A stretch of DNA of 63,903 nucleotides, filler included, from Conidiobolus incongruus B7586 (GCA_000697335.1; 19 parts of 19 records of this genome joined end to end with filler, not necessarily neighbours in it); one strand, 5' to 3'; counted from the first letter of the whole stretch, positions 1 through 14,189 are shown. The notes: generated from the sequence alone by a model not told the origin. Program-made: numbers and translations.

Positions 1-150
1 ATATTATATATATATTTTAAGAATATATATTTTCTTATTCATTATATATGTATATTTTTTCTGAAATTAATAATATATTTAAAAAATCAGAAATTGGAAA
101 AATTTTTATTTTTTTAATTTGAGGTAATAAATACATTTCAAACTAAATAA
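1..150 (-). mobile_element. 5' terminal fragment of a degenerate mariner element
   Basis: The string aaaatcagaaattggaaaaattttt...atttgaggtaata matches the 5' end/TIR region of the mariner copies at about 61870-61917 and 43590-43644. Similar fragments lie at about 25045 and 45160. Confidence 0.55.
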
Positions 151-2826
151 ATTGAACTACCATTAGTTTCTTAATTTGATGGTAATTATTTTATAATATT
201 TTATTAATAAAGTTATATAAGTTTTTATAATCCTTAGCAAATTCATTCCTGATAGGATTAGATGGATCTTATACTAGTGACTGGTCAGAACTAAGCAAGG
301 GAATTCACTTAATAGTATAACCACCTATTCAAGGGATATATGAAAACTTAATGCCCATCAGTTACTTGATTAGTGACAAAAATTATAGATTTTGAAAATT
401 AGATATTTAAGGAATTATATAATTTAAATTAGAATATAAAACAGATAAACTTAGAAATGGCATATTAAAAAAATAATTTTACTTATTAATATTTAATAGG
501 TTGAATTAATAGCTATTGTTGTAAAACTTCATTGTTTACAGTTCTATCAGTTTTAGGATAGTGAAAATTATCATTGGGATTAGTGTTATATGAAGTCATT
601 CTTTTCAAAATAAAAACGCTGTTAAATGGTGTTATGAACTTGATTAAAAATAAGTATAAAAGCTAGAAGGGATCTGTCTTAATTGTTCAAATATAAAAAA
701 ATACTCTTATATTATAGAGAAACGCAGCTAAAATATTAGATGCTTTTATCAAAGCATTATCTATTAACATGAACATGCTTAAATGTATGACTCATAAATA
801 CAACAGTTATATTCAAACTATTTGTAATAATATATCTTGAGAATTCGCCCAAAAGTTTACATTTTGGTTATATGAATTTTTAATTTAATTATCTTAATAT
901 TAATTTTAATATCAAAGTATAATTGATTATTAACTGCAAGTTCAATTTAGTATATAAGGGACCTTATTTTAGTAATTTCAGAGATTCTAACTTGAAAATC
1001 TTATAATTTGAATATATATGAATCATTTTATCTGGTAATTTATAATATAAATATTAATATAACGTTAAAATATTGATATAAGTTATTTATAATATTAAAG
1101 ATATTGGCCCAAAATGTATATATTAGTTATCACCATTTTAACTTCATTATTATATAAATCTTATTCAAAGTGACATATTGATAAAATTAATAAGATATTA
1201 TTATATTTTGCAAATTACAAAATATTATATATAAATGAATCAAATAGTTTTATTTGATAATATTTGATTTATTTTCATAGTTTAAAATAAATTGAAATAC
1301 AAATATACAATCATATTGTAATAAATAATTTTGATTCAATAAACAAAAATATAAAATATTTTCCATTTATGAAAAAAAATAATAATAATAAATTAATTAA
1401 ATTTGAAATATATATTCAAAAATATAAAGTGTAAATTTGATTGTATTGATTATTATCATTTATATTTTTTTATAAATAATAATCATTATATCTTAAAATA
1501 TATTTAAAAATTACATAATTTTTTGATAACTTTAATTATTAAAGTGAAAATATTATGTGAATCAATTGAGTAGACAAAGTTTTAGAATCCAAAAACTAAT
1601 ATATTGATTTTTATATCCATGATTATTTATAAGAATAATTTTTATAAACGTTATTCAAAATATCACGAAAATTGAATTTTTGGATTTTTTTCAATCATAT
1701 TGTAAGTAAATTTTTGATTTAAAATATTAAAATAATGTCTATTTGCTAACATCTAAAATGAACTTGAGTGTTAAAATATATTAAAAAAGTCCATTTATAG
1801 GATATATTCGAGTTGAGAGATTATAAATTTTTTTAGAAAGGATTATCAACTAATGGACGGTGATATAATAATATAATGGATTAATCATTTACCATCAAAT
1901 ATGAAAACTCATACATATATCTGAGTTTTTCCCATTATTAAAAAATTAATATAAATATATCTACAGGATCCATTATAGTCTTTTGAAAAATTTTGTTTTA
2001 ATTATTTTCAATATTGAAATTAATAATTATAACTTATTAAGAAAATAATCAATGATTTAATTAAATTACAAGTAGAATTTGAATATACCTGTATATTTGA
2101 TATTAAGCTGACAAATAAAAGGATAATAACATAATTATTAATATTAACTGAATCTGAAACAAGAAAGCCTAAACTTTAAAAAACATTCATAATCCAAAGT
2201 TGAAATAAAGTTCAGATAGTAAAAAAATTAGGAAAGTTTGTCACTCTATAATATACTCTAATTTAATTCTACTTGAACTAAAATCTTGATAGTTAAATTG
2301 ATTTGGTTTGAGGTTTAAAAATTATATAATTGTGATAGATTTTTTAGGAGAATTAATGAAATATTAAATAGTTTATAATCATTATTGTAAATACAATATT
2401 AAAGATATATTCAAAATTAATTATAAATTAAAGATAATAAAGGAATATAGTGGTAATATATATATTATTGGATATTTGTTAATTATTATAATCTTGTAAA
2501 TGAATTAATATAATTTATTAATTGTATAAATATTATAATGTTTATGGTTTCTATTTATGACAAATGTTAAGAATTTCAATAAAGAAATTGGTATCATTGA
2601 TGCTATATTATATTCCTAAAGCTACATAACTAACTATTAATAATTATTAAGTAGATCCTTAATCTTTACTCTTGATGCTTAATTTGCTCATTCCAGATTA
2701 ATTTTGTTTGATTGATTAATCCATGTCTTTTATGTTTACATATTGCAGGTAAAATAATATTACACTCGCAAATCTATAGTGTTTTAGGGAGTAATTTTCA
2801 TTATTTGTAAGTCCTTTTAATTTATA

Positions 2827-3733
2827 ATGGATTGCTATCAATATATTTTTTGTTTATTTAGAGTTTTTAATACAACTCGCCCTCCTTTACCTGTAGTCAT
2901 CTAAACTATTATCATATATATATTTTCTGCTATGTCGGGTCTGACACTTATATATATTGATATTTAGAGTAAGATAATTTACATCGGATAAACTTGTTAT
3001 GTTCATTATTACTACCATTGACATATTGTGGAGTTCCAAGATGTTAGTATACGATATTATATTTATAATTAATGGTAGGGTTGTCTTAAAATCAGAAGGT
3101 ATGTTGTGTCAAGTGAATGCTTTGACAATTGACTCATCATTTAAAAGTGCGGTGTGTCGCTACTTTGGCATTAATTCGATTTGTGAATTGATGCTTGAAA
3201 ATTAATATCCACCCCGTATTCTGGTACTTTTTCATAGGTCTCAATATTTCTGTAAATGTGGCTCTCGGCATCTATTCAATTGTGACACGCTCTGTGAAGC
3301 AAAACGATTCTGGAGCGCATTGCATCCCATTTACGAATCCAGACCACATTGTTAAGGCATTGTCAGTCCTCGAAATTGTATATCTAAAATTGGCATCTTT
3401 AATAATACTCATATGTTATTTTGGTAGTACGATGTTCATCAGCCAATCGATCAGTAGGCCCATGAATGATGCTAAAATGAATAACAAAATTGAAGAAGTT
3501 GAGCTACTGCAAGCACAAACTCATCATCTTCGTCATTTTTTCACCATCACGATCATGTACCTTACTCATATTCTACCCATCGGTCATTGCGCACATTATT
3601 AAGAGATATTGAAAACCCCACACACTTTCGGAAGATCCTTTAATTATCACTTTTAGTCAATTCCTCAGTTTAATCATATTCTTACCATTCCTTTACAATC
3701 TTTAACGAATGAAGAATTTTACAATTGCTTATA
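2827..3733 (+). pseudogene. Class A-like 7TM GPCR pseudogene (boundaries approximate)
   Basis: Pieces in different frames give TM2 (DKLVMFIITTIDILW), the TM3 Cys (LCQVNA), a DRY-like VATLALIRF followed by in-frame TGA, ECL2 HCIPF, TM5 (LIILICYF), TM6 LLIFYPS after a frameshift near 3560, and TM7-like FNHILTI. There are at least 2 frameshifts plus stop codons. Confidence 0.7.
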
Positions 3734-4543
3734 GGGAAAAAAACTAATAAAATCTTTGAAAAGTTGACAATTTTATGTTAATAATATTAATAAAAGATTG
3801 TTTAGTGAGTATTATTATTATTATTATTATTTTATTAATTAATTTTTATTCTCAAATTTGTTTTTGTTTTACACTAAATTACCCATTCAATTGATTAGAT
3901 AGGATGAGAATATTTTTTTTCTAATAAATAATGATTTCATAATGATCATTTAATTTCATTATTTTAAGTAATTTTATAAAAGTTATTTTTATTATTAAAA
4001 ATTTATTAAGAAAAAAAATTATATATTAAATTAGTTTCATATCATTCTATTGATATTTGTTTTAAAAAAATTTAATTTTAAATTAAAATACATATATATA
4101 TATATATATTAAAAAATTTTAATTATACATTATAAACTTATAAATCCTTGAGAATTAAATTACCTCTATCTGAATTTATTAAAAAAAATTTCACATAATA
4201 AAAAAATGAATAATTTCATTTCATTAAAAAAGTGATTACTCATTATTAAATATATGTTTTTGTTTTAATTAAATTAACAAAATTTTTTTTAAAAAAAATT
4301 TATAACGAATAAAATAAATTAAAATAGTTGTTATTATTATTATTATTATTGATAATTTAATATAAAAAATTTTAATGATGACGAAAATATATTAAATAAA
4401 AAATTTTTTATTTACAAAATTATCAGTTGACAAAGGGATTTTCATTAGAATGAAATGATTAATTAAGATCCCTCAAGATGTACTGATAACTAATGATTTC
4501 GTGCTAATTTTAAGTTGGGTTTTTCCAATTGGTCCATTTGGAA

Positions 4544-5614
4544 TCATGTAGGATTTAGACATTTAGTGCGATTGTAGAAATCCCCATTAATGATGTTAGC
4601 TTGTGGTGGATTGCTGTTACAATGGGAGCGTGTGGCGACCCCGAGATCAGCTGTTGACATCCACGCTTTTCTGGGATTTAAAGAGTGCGTGGATGTAGTT
4701 TTCTTCAGAGTGTGCTTGAGAGTGGAGATCAATTTGGATTTTTGGAACTTGGTCTGGATATTGTGCTGATGGGGAGAATTGAGGTTGATGGTGGTCCTGT
4801 TGTGTTTGCGGAGTGTCGAGCTTCTCAAGCTGAATGTGGAACTGGATGCGGTTGGGGATGAAAAGAAGGGTTGCGATGATTGTGTTGACATCATGGAACT
4901 TTCATTCATCCAATCGAGGTTCTCGCATTGGGAGGTCACCTCGAAATGGGAGCGATCTTTGCGCTTGAATAGACCGAGACTCCACTTGGAGAAAGATCTG
5001 GAAATTGCTCTGGGTTCCTCCGAGATGACAATAAGCATGCTCTTAGGTCTCTGCACTGATTTGTCAGAGGGCTCGTTGGGTGTAAAGATATTAGGGAATT
5101 GTCTCAAATTTTTGTGAAATTTCCCTGAAAAGGAATGTTTTGTATTTAATCTAGAATTGGACGAATTTGTACGACTGTTCATAAGTTTCAATCGTAAATC
5201 AGGATGGGAAGATACGTCAAATATGAGATAAAATTTGGTACCAGTTTCAAACCACTGAGTGAGTTGAATGTGATCGAAATCTCTCTTTAATATTGTGTTA
5301 TAGTGAATGCTGCTCGGTGCATACAGTTCCCAGGGCGATTTTTTGTCGTTGTTATTGATAGAGTTTTGTGCATTTAATTTGATTGTCAAATCACTCAATT
5401 CATGAAGTTCCTTTCTGACCAAATCAACTATATAAGGGTCTCGATGTTTTGTCACGGTACGGATAGCTACCAATTGACCATTATTTTCCCTTTCGGCTAG
5501 CACCACCCTGTTGAAAGCATCCAATTTATCAATCTTCTCAATGGGTCTGAACTCTCTATAAAGGTTTTTGATATCGATATGATCTTTATACTGATTAACT
5601 ATTTTAGCTAACAT
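4544..5614 (-). CDS. 356-aa protein: degenerate CAMK-like kinase N-lobe plus Ser/Thr/Lys-rich disordered tail
   Basis: Uninterrupted ORF with raised GC. AFNRVVLAE..NGQLVAIRTVTK..ELHEL..IQLTQWFETGTKFYLIFD resembles kinase subdomains I-V with VAIK changed to VAIR. No HRD, DFG or APE motif is present. Confidence 0.7.
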   Translation of the reverse strand: MLAKIVNQYKDHIDIKNLYREFRPIEKIDKLDAFNRVVLAERENNGQLVAIRTVTKHRDPYIVDLVRKELHELSDLTIKLNAQNSINNNDKKSPWELYAPSSIHYNTILKRDFDHIQLTQWFETGTKFYLIFDVSSHPDLRLKLMNSRTNSSNSRLNTKHSFSGKFHKNLRQFPNIFTPNEPSDKSVQRPKSMLIVISEEPRAISRSFSKWSLGLFKRKDRSHFEVTSQCENLDWMNESSMMSTQSSQPFFSSPTASSSTFSLRSSTLRKHNRTTINLNSPHQHNIQTKFQKSKLISTLKHTLKKTTSTHSLNPRKAWMSTADLGVATRSHCNSNPPQANIINGDFYNRTKCLNPT

Positions 5615-8600
5615 TATAAAGAACTATAATATTTTATTAAATAATAAACAAAACAAATTATAATATAACTTATATTAAATTTATGGAGATCAGTTATGAT
5701 TAAAGATATATATAAATTTAATAAAATAAAAAATTTTATAATGAATTGCGAGATGAACTTGATATTTATAGCGAATGAGATTAATTTAATGATGGGTGGA
5801 TATTTTTGAAGTGATGAGTTCATTAAACTGATTTATCTCAAAAAAGTGAATTCGGTTGGTGGTTAATCAGAATTTAGTTTTGATTGGCTGATTTAGTAGC
5901 TAATTATTGAGTTTTTTTACTTATCGTAAGGCAGTTTTCTCGTTTAACCCTTTGTTAAACTCAATTCACCTTTTATGATAATAATAATAATGTGTTCATC
6001 ATCATATATTAATTGTTTTTAATAATGAAAAAATATCTTGTGACAATAAACATATTTCATTTAAAGATTGATAATTTTCTTATTTGACCAATTTTGAACT
6101 ACCAATAATTTTATTAAAAAATAAATTGAAGTTGATTATTTTGAGTCACCACAGCATAAGTTATGTTAAACTATCTACTTAACTAATTAATCAGATACAA
6201 TTTTATGTTAAAATGATATAGTTTTATAATTAAGCATTTAAAATTATTCATGAATACTTTATCTATACTTTATCTATTGATTTTTAAAGTAATACAAATA
6301 TATGATAATTATTATTTGAGTTTGAGTTATTATTCAACAAATTAATTATAAGTGCTTGAAATAATCTTTTGAAATGTTAAATAATATTGGTATTTGAATC
6401 AAACCAAGAACATATAGGGAATAAAATTTGAAAGAAAATCCCGCACATATTTTATGGTTACCCAAAAACTTTAAATTTTGCTAATAGCCCAATTGTCAAA
6501 TTATCAAAAGTTGTTTTGATACAACTTGAGAAGTGACGTTGTACCGAATACAAACCCCATCTTCCCTTCAGCATTTGAGAGATGGATTCGGTAAAATATT
6601 TGGGGTAAGTTGCTGTCATTTCTGCTTTTCTTGAATGTGCTTTAATGATTGGGTGCCACAATAGCATTTATCCACTTGTCATATTCGTTTGGTTGTATCA
6701 AATTGGAAGCTATCCATACTACTGTAAAAAGCGCTGAATTTACTTATTGAAAAGGTTTAAAATCAACCTACCAATTAAGTTTTAATATTAAATATAGAGT
6801 TCAAGTAGTGATCAATAGTTTATTTTACAATGAATTATTTGAAACTTATTAAGTTCAAAGGTGAATTATCAGAATTATGATTAAAGTAGAGATAATCTTT
6901 GGTGAATCACTAATTATTTTGGCTTAATGATAACCCAAATAATTCTTTGAAATCTTTAGAAATAAAAGAAACTTACAAGAGCTGACATCTACTTCATTGT
7001 TGAGAAAATAATATTTCATTTAACCAAGGAATTTTTTGTGTTAAACTTTTAACAACTTAAAACCAACAATAAGAAAATCTTAAATGAATTTGAATTATTA
7101 TATTTTACTATTTTTAATTTTATTAATATAATTTATTACATCATTGTTACTTATTTTAATTTTATTATATAATTTTTTATTGTTTAGGAAATACTTTTTA
7201 TTAATATTAATATACACTATGTAAAATTCTTTTCAGTTATTGGAATTATTAGGATATTAAAACGTTAATTATATTCTTAAATCAAAGGTATATGTCTTAA
7301 ATAAATAAACATACGATATCTTTTAAATTATTTAGTTTAATTTATAAACTATATCCATATAAATGCTATAGACTATATTTTAGCATATATTTCACTTGAA
7401 ATTAATATATAAAAAGAGAAAAAAATTTGAGGGAATGTTAAATTATTGGAATATTTTATAAAATTTATGGTAAATGTACAATTCGAAATTTGACTCAATT
7501 TTTACTTAATATTAATGAATAAAATTATCAAGAGATGGAGAATATACTCAGCTCAAGAAATAAGATAAAACCCTATATTTCAAATATAATATATCTCAAT
7601 TTGCTCTAGAATTTTAAGTTTTGTTTTAATACTGAATTTATATCAATTAATTTATAATAATTCATTTTTTCAAATTGAAATTGGTGCAAAATTTTTCACA
7701 CTAATTTTCTCATTAATTATCATTTTTTGATTAAGAAATTGACAATTATTGAAAATTAATTCAAAATGTAAATTTGTATATAAATCTTATTAAATGGCTA
7801 TATCTCAGAATAAATAATACACAAACAAAAAAATCAATTTTTTAACATATCAAGGATAGTGAACTTTTAAGTTTCAAAAAATTAATCAATTTTTTTTGCA
7901 TTTTAATGGTTTAATATTTTGACAATAAAGAATCAATAAATTATTAAAAATAACAATAATTAATTAATTGAATCAAGTAAATTATGTTAAGTATAATTTG
8001 AAATGACTGTTTTTTCAAAAGGCAAATAATAAAATTCTACTAAATGTCATAGTTTTGATGAGACATTAACCTTAATAGAAATGATATTAAATTCATCTTT
8101 AAAAAACATTGTATGATTAGATTTATTCTTGGAAAATTCATTATTACATTTTTATTAAAATTCAATATATAAGTTCATTTTATAGATAACATATTCTATC
8201 AATATAATAATTGAATTAGTATTTGAATAAATAAATTCAGATATATTACAAGATACAACCTGAGAAAAAAGTAATAAAATTTCTGGTAAAGGTTATATTG
8301 TTAATGAGATTAAATTATAAATTTATTAATAGTAATATTTAATATTGATAAATTTGAAATACAGATGAGCGTATTTAAATATACAGGAAATTGATAGATG
8401 AAATACAAGTAAAAATTAATGATTAATTAGACAAAACAATCCAAATAATTTTCATGTCTCTATTATAAGTTATCCAACAATAATCATGTATCATACCTTC
8501 ATTAAATTCCACAATTCTTTCATTAGAATAATATCATTATTTTTATATAGTAATAATATTAATAATATAATTTTAATCAAAAATAGCCAAATTATAAATT

Positions 8601-10716
8601 ATTATAACGAATTCAATCTGTGTATTTAAGCAGAGTTATTGGTAATATTCATTGTATTTTATATTTTTTACTATAATCTTTAATGATTAATGATGCTTTA
8701 TATATATTTATTAATTGATATGATTATGCTGATTGGCTAGAATAATGAATTTATTTTATTAGATTTGATACAATAATTCAATATATATTGCTTAAGTTAC
8801 AAATAATTATATACGTTTATATTATTGGGTATTCTTGTTTAAAGTATATAAATAAAATTCGAATCGATAAAAATATCTAATTAATATTTTATATAATATA
8901 ATTGTTATTACTAATGATGAAAAATTCACTAAAATGTCCAAATTCAGAATGATATTCAACTTAATTTCATTTATATCGTTGAGTTTAAAAAATTTCAACT
9001 TTAATTAAATAATTACTCATAAGTATTGACAAACAATAGTATATCTCAAACATACAATATTTAATTTTAGATTTATTAAAAATATTGAATAATAATGTAA
9101 ATAATTAATTGTTTACAATATCTTGTACATTATCAGAATAACATTTGATGTAAACTTGAAATGTTATTTTATTAAATTTTTTATATTCGTAGAAATTGTG
9201 AATAGATCAAAATTAATCATATCATTCCATATATAATATTTCTGTTTAGTACAGATAATTGGAATGTTAATTTTTCAATATTTTATATCTAAAGATCACT
9301 TGGACAATTATATTACCTTATCATCTGTTTAAATTATTTTTATTAAATGTTTAATAATTTTCAAAATTGATTAATACAAATTTTAATAAAATCAAGTATA
9401 TAATAAAATTTAATAATTGGTATGAAAATATAAATCTAGATAACTTTTTTAATATAAAAACAAGTGAGTATATATCATATTAAAAAATTTGATTAGTCAT
9501 AAATTATTCTCTATTGAAATTATTATATGGTAAATTAATATAAATATCAATTACTATAAAAAATCTACTGTTTTTTGAAAATTAGAATATTGAAATGAAT
9601 TTAAATTTATGTTAGATAAATTAATAATATGGATGGTCAAATTCATATATATATATATATATATATATTATAAAACCACATAGTTTATAGTCCCATATAT
9701 TTCAAACTGGCTGAGTTTTATATTTAAGTTTATATTATTGGAAGTCATTTTTAAGAATAAAATTAAAAAATATATATAAAATAATAGAGAATTGCCTTTA
9801 TTGCCATAATAACTTTTTCTATATTTTATATCATAGGGATAATAACAGAAAATTTTTAATTATCTTTATCTAAGTATTATCTATTAATAAGAACATACCT
9901 AGTTTTATGACTCATCTATTTAACAAATTATATTTAATATATTGAAATATTATAATCAACTTATAGGAATTAAGACTTATAAATAATTAGAAATATTTAA
10001 TATATATTTTATAAAGAAGTCATAATAATATGTATCTATTAATATTTTTTACATAAATATTATTATTTATCTAATCTTTTTTAATTTATTAAAATTTAGA
10101 ACATTTTTCAAAATCCTTAATTAATAATTTTTAATTCGAATTTTATAAATATATATATGTATATATATATAGTTTGAAAATATCAACTCTTATATATTTT
10201 ATATCTAATTTATTTTTTAAAATTAACATTATATCTGAAAAATCTATAATTAAAATATTTGCTAATTTTTTTTCATTTTGAATTAATAAATAAAATTAGT
10301 GGAAATTATTGAAAATTATAATTTTTAAATATTTGTATGTATTTAATTCATTTTAAATATTTTTAATTTTTTTAAATAATTATTTTTTTTACTTATTAGT
10401 TTATTAATCATATTATCAAATTTCAAAACAAATTATAAATTAAATTGAGAGTTTATATTATAGGACCTTTATAATGATCAACTCCCTAAAAGTGGAATAT
10501 CAACCCCTCAAGAATAATAGTAAACGAATATTAAAAATCATTTATAAATATTGTGATTGAAAAATTAAATTTATTAGATTAAATAGTTATTGAATAGAAA
10601 AAATACATAAAAAATATAAGGAATATATAAATTTAAAATTAGTTTGAAATATTAAAGCTTTAGGTAATAATATTTCCGATTGATTCACACTAGTCTAATT
10701 GAATCAGTTGAAAATA

Positions 10717-11841
10717 TTAAAAAATGCGCACCTTTTTGACACTTGGTGTGAAGTAGCTCGAAAGAGGGACGGATTTGAAGAGAGGTGCCACAAAACGATC
10801 GAACTGCTCCCTAGAGACAGGTACTTTGAACACGTTCTTGTAACCGTCCAAAGGCACTGGTATGCTCTTGGCAGTTGGTGGGCGCTTGGGTGGAGATTTG
10901 GACTTTCTTCTAGGTAGTTGAATTGCATCCTTTTTAACCCTTTGGCCATTATCATTAATACCCTCATTGGATGATTGATCCATTTCGTCTTGAGGTTCAG
11001 CTTCAAGAGGTCTCTTGGCAGGCTTGACCTTTTGAATGGGAGCTGGCGACATTTTGAAGGATTTGTTCTTAAGTTTTGATAAAGCGACCATCATGTCACT
11101 TCTAGACTTTTTGAGAAGGGATGAAATACCTTCAAAGTCTGAAATATTGCCAAGCTGGTGAATGAGATTGAATTTGTTCTTATCCTGGGAGCTTAATTTT
11201 TCCCATCCAGCGAATTCTGGGACTTTGGTTGCCTATTGAATAGGTTGATTAATAAAGGTTGTGTATACTTGGATGGTATGATCATTACTTTAAAAGCATT
11301 AGTCACTTTAGAATTGACACCTCGGATGGAGCAATAATGAGAAGCACCCTCATACCTAACAATAATCAATATATAATCCAGTTTTTTGATAATAAACAAT
11401 ATTACCAAACATGAATAGTCCTCTTATTTTGCTTAGGATCAACATCAGGATAAGAGTAGATATTACCTCTATCGTCATGAACGAAAATATAAACATTCAA
11501 AACTTCAGCCAAGGCTAAGATCTCTAAGGAGTCTGCCCAGTTGCAATCTCTTCTGACATTTCTCAAGAATTGCTTCCATTCGTGTTTGGGCATCAGACTA
11601 CCGCAGTATTCGGAAGCTTTACTCTCCAACTTTTTGGCAGTTAAACCTCTTAAATAATTGTAGCGTTCTTGAGTTCCAAACATTTGATCCGATACTGATC
11701 TGTAAAAGCAGTTGCCATCTCCTCTAATGGACACGAAACGAAGGCCGAGATAAGAGTATAATTGGTTTAAATAATTGTATCCTGGCTATTTCCAACAATT
11801 ATTACTTTATCCTAATCTCTTTGATTTATTTCACTTACCAT
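10717..11841 (-). CDS. OTU-domain cysteine protease (deubiquitinase), about 321 aa, 4 exons
   Basis: Exons 11841-11839 (ATG only), 11785-11406, 11355-11289 and 11232-10717 total 966 nt and stay in frame. GT-AG introns are 53, 50 and 56 nt. Motifs: IRGDGNCFYRSVS (catalytic Cys), WADSLEILALA and WYEGASHYCS (catalytic His), then a basic Pro/Lys-rich C-terminal tail. Confidence 0.9.
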
Positions 11842-12979
11842 CTTAATACTATATACAATAATAATAATAATAATAAATTTGTATTGGGTTAATTGTTCCC
11901 AATTCGAAAATAAAAACTTGAAGAGGAAAAAATAATTATTCAGGTTGTTATTTATGGGTTTTGATGATTTTTTTACTCAAAAATTTGATTTTAGTTGAAT
12001 TGGTACCACTTAAGGCTTTATATCATTGACCAATCAAAACTTTGAAGTGAATAATGCAAGTGTTTGATTAGTTGGTAAAGTTCGCGTCTATTGTGGATAT
12101 TGACAATTTGAATTTTAGTTTTGTTGAGTTAAACAATTATTGATAAATTAATTATTGGATAATATTGTGGTGAATTTGAATTGAAATTGATATTGAATTA
12201 AATAAAATAATAGTAATAATCATACAATAAATATTAACTCGTAATTTTTATTGAATAATTAATAATTAAAAATAAATATATAGTAATTACTGGTGTTGCT
12301 TTATTAATAATACAATATGTAGATTTTTAATCCAATTTTGACCGAATCATCACATCATATTTAAATCAAAATAACTTCAAATATTTGCTAAATCTTTATT
12401 CATTTAAAAGAAAAAATTTTTAATATGATATCAATTAAATACAATTTTAACAGTAAACAAACTTACTATGAAATTAATATGAATTAATACAATGTATTAT
12501 TTAGTACTGTTTTAAATGTTGTTATTTTGGTTTAAATGATTACTTGAAAAATGATCAATTACGAAAAGATTAATCATCTTGTTTTAAGAAAATTTTATAG
12601 GAATTAAATAATATATTATAATATGATGATTAGTTTCTGACACTAATAGTGAAATATACAATATTATTAATTCATCAATATAGCTTTTTTAAATAAAATG
12701 AGTGAATGGTGAGATATTATATTATTTAATAATGTAATATTTATCAAAATTGAATCAAATATATTCAAAATGATATTAATATTTTATAAACAATTAATTA
12801 CTTATATATTTTTGATATTTTTTGATTAATATTAATTTGAAATTATTATAATATTATTACTATATATTTTAAATAATNNNNNNNNNNNNNNNNNNNNNNN
12901 NNNNNNNNNNNNNNNNNNNNNTTAATTAATTAANNNNNNNNNNNNNNNNNNNNNNNNNNNNNNNNNNNNNNNNNNNNAC

Positions 12980-13180
12980 GCCGAAAACGGCTCCACCAGT
13001 GTTTCCCGAACTACCAGCTCTACCGACTTGCCCAAGCTCGCCCCCCTGAGCTCCCTGTCCAACGCCAAGCTCAACAAGCAGGAAGATATTCTTTCCGATA
13101 AAGTTAAGATAACACCTCCATCCCCCCAAAAATCATCCAGTGACCAACAGCAACCCGTCGAAGATAAAAAAGATATTTAA
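12980..13180 (+). CDS. 3' end of an unidentified gene (5' part in the assembly gap)
   Basis: GC-rich open frame from the gap edge: AENGSTSVSRTTSSTDLPKLAPLSSLSNAKLNKQEDILSDKVKITPPSPQKSSSDQQQPVEDKKDI-stop. Confidence 0.65.
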   Translation, partial: AENGSTSVSRTTSSTDLPKLAPLSSLSNAKLNKQEDILSDKVKITPPSPQKSSSDQQQPVEDKKDI

Positions 13181-13830
13181 TTACTCTATTAAGATTCTGT
13201 ATCCTCCATCTATTAATCTATAATAAATATTTCATTACTTTATTTATAATTTATATATGATTTAATACAATTAGAATCGATATAATTAATTAATAATTTG
13301 TTTAATTATAGAGATTTGATGTGTTTTTTTGAAAAATAAATTCAATTTTAAATCGTGGTACTATTCGATTAAAATCTCCATTATCATGTTTTAATGTTTA
13401 TGTCATTCTTTCAAATTTTCAGTGGTACAAAATTTCCACATCTTTCAATCATGTTTTTCAAAGTGGAAATTTGAAAACAATATTTTCAATATATCATTTA
13501 TTATTAAATTTATATATCTTTTGAAAATAGATTTTGATAATGCTCAAGAAATATGTTTACGTTTTGTGATTTGTAAAGAAAATATATTGTTAATGAAATT
13601 TAAAGGTATTATTTTCAAATCAATTTATTTTTATTAAGATGAAATGTTATTAATATATTATCCATAATTAGCAAAGAAAAATTTATATTTAAACCTATTT
13701 AAATAAACAAAATTAGATTTTATATAAAAGAAAAAAATTTCGATGTCCAAATATTTGGAATTGCTTTTAGAAATTATTGATTTTAAAGGATGATCGATGA
13801 TATATTATAAATATGAATAATAATTGCCAT

Positions 13831-13912
13831 GACACTTTGGCGGAGTGGTTAACGCGGCGCCCTGCTAAGGCGTTTCCCTTTGGGAGCACAGGTTCGAATC
13901 CTGTAGGTGTCG
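13831..13912 (+). tRNA. tRNA-Ser, anticodon GCT
   Basis: 82-nt cloverleaf: acceptor stem GACACTT/AGGTGTC with discriminator G, D-arm TGGCGGAGTGGTTAACGC, anticodon arm GCGCC-CTGCTAA-GGCGT, long variable arm TCCCTTTGGGA, T-loop GGTTCGAATCC. Confidence 0.97.
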
Positions 13913-14189
13913 AAATTTTGCCTTTTCATTCTACGATTTGAATTTATAAAGTTTTTTTTCTAAAGTTTAAAGTTAATATATTTATATATAATAAAAATTA
14001 ACTTTTAATCTAAATTTTCCTAATATCTCTTTATTGTCAAATATTTTCTGATATTATTTTAGTCTGTTGAAATTATTTTAAATAAAAATGCTTTTAATGG
14101 AAAATATTTAAGATTATTTGTAATTTAATAATTTAATAATCATAATATTTTTCAATATAATTTTTCTAATATTTATTGCCATTAATATA

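Noticed and set aside
4779..5117. 112-aa plus-strand ORF
   Set aside because: Antisense shadow of the 356-aa gene.
6400..6780. Moderately GC-rich patch with a 69-aa ORF
   Set aside because: Possibly a gene remnant, but I recognised no motif in the frames I read.
8300..9420. Possible F-box/LRR-type pseudogene remnant on the minus strand
   Set aside because: Too degraded, with only a vague resemblance.
10699..11006. ORFs 10699-10917(+) and 10704-11006(-)
   Set aside because: Antisense and alternative-frame shadows of the last OTU exon.
12878..12977. TTAATTAATTAA between N-runs, repeated 18 times like a regular array
   Set aside because: It is an artificial 100-bp gap spacer with stops in all frames. 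It is not biological and not a CRISPR array.
12926..13129. Minus-strand Gly-rich ORF
   Set aside because: Shadow of the plus-strand CDS fragment 12980-13180.
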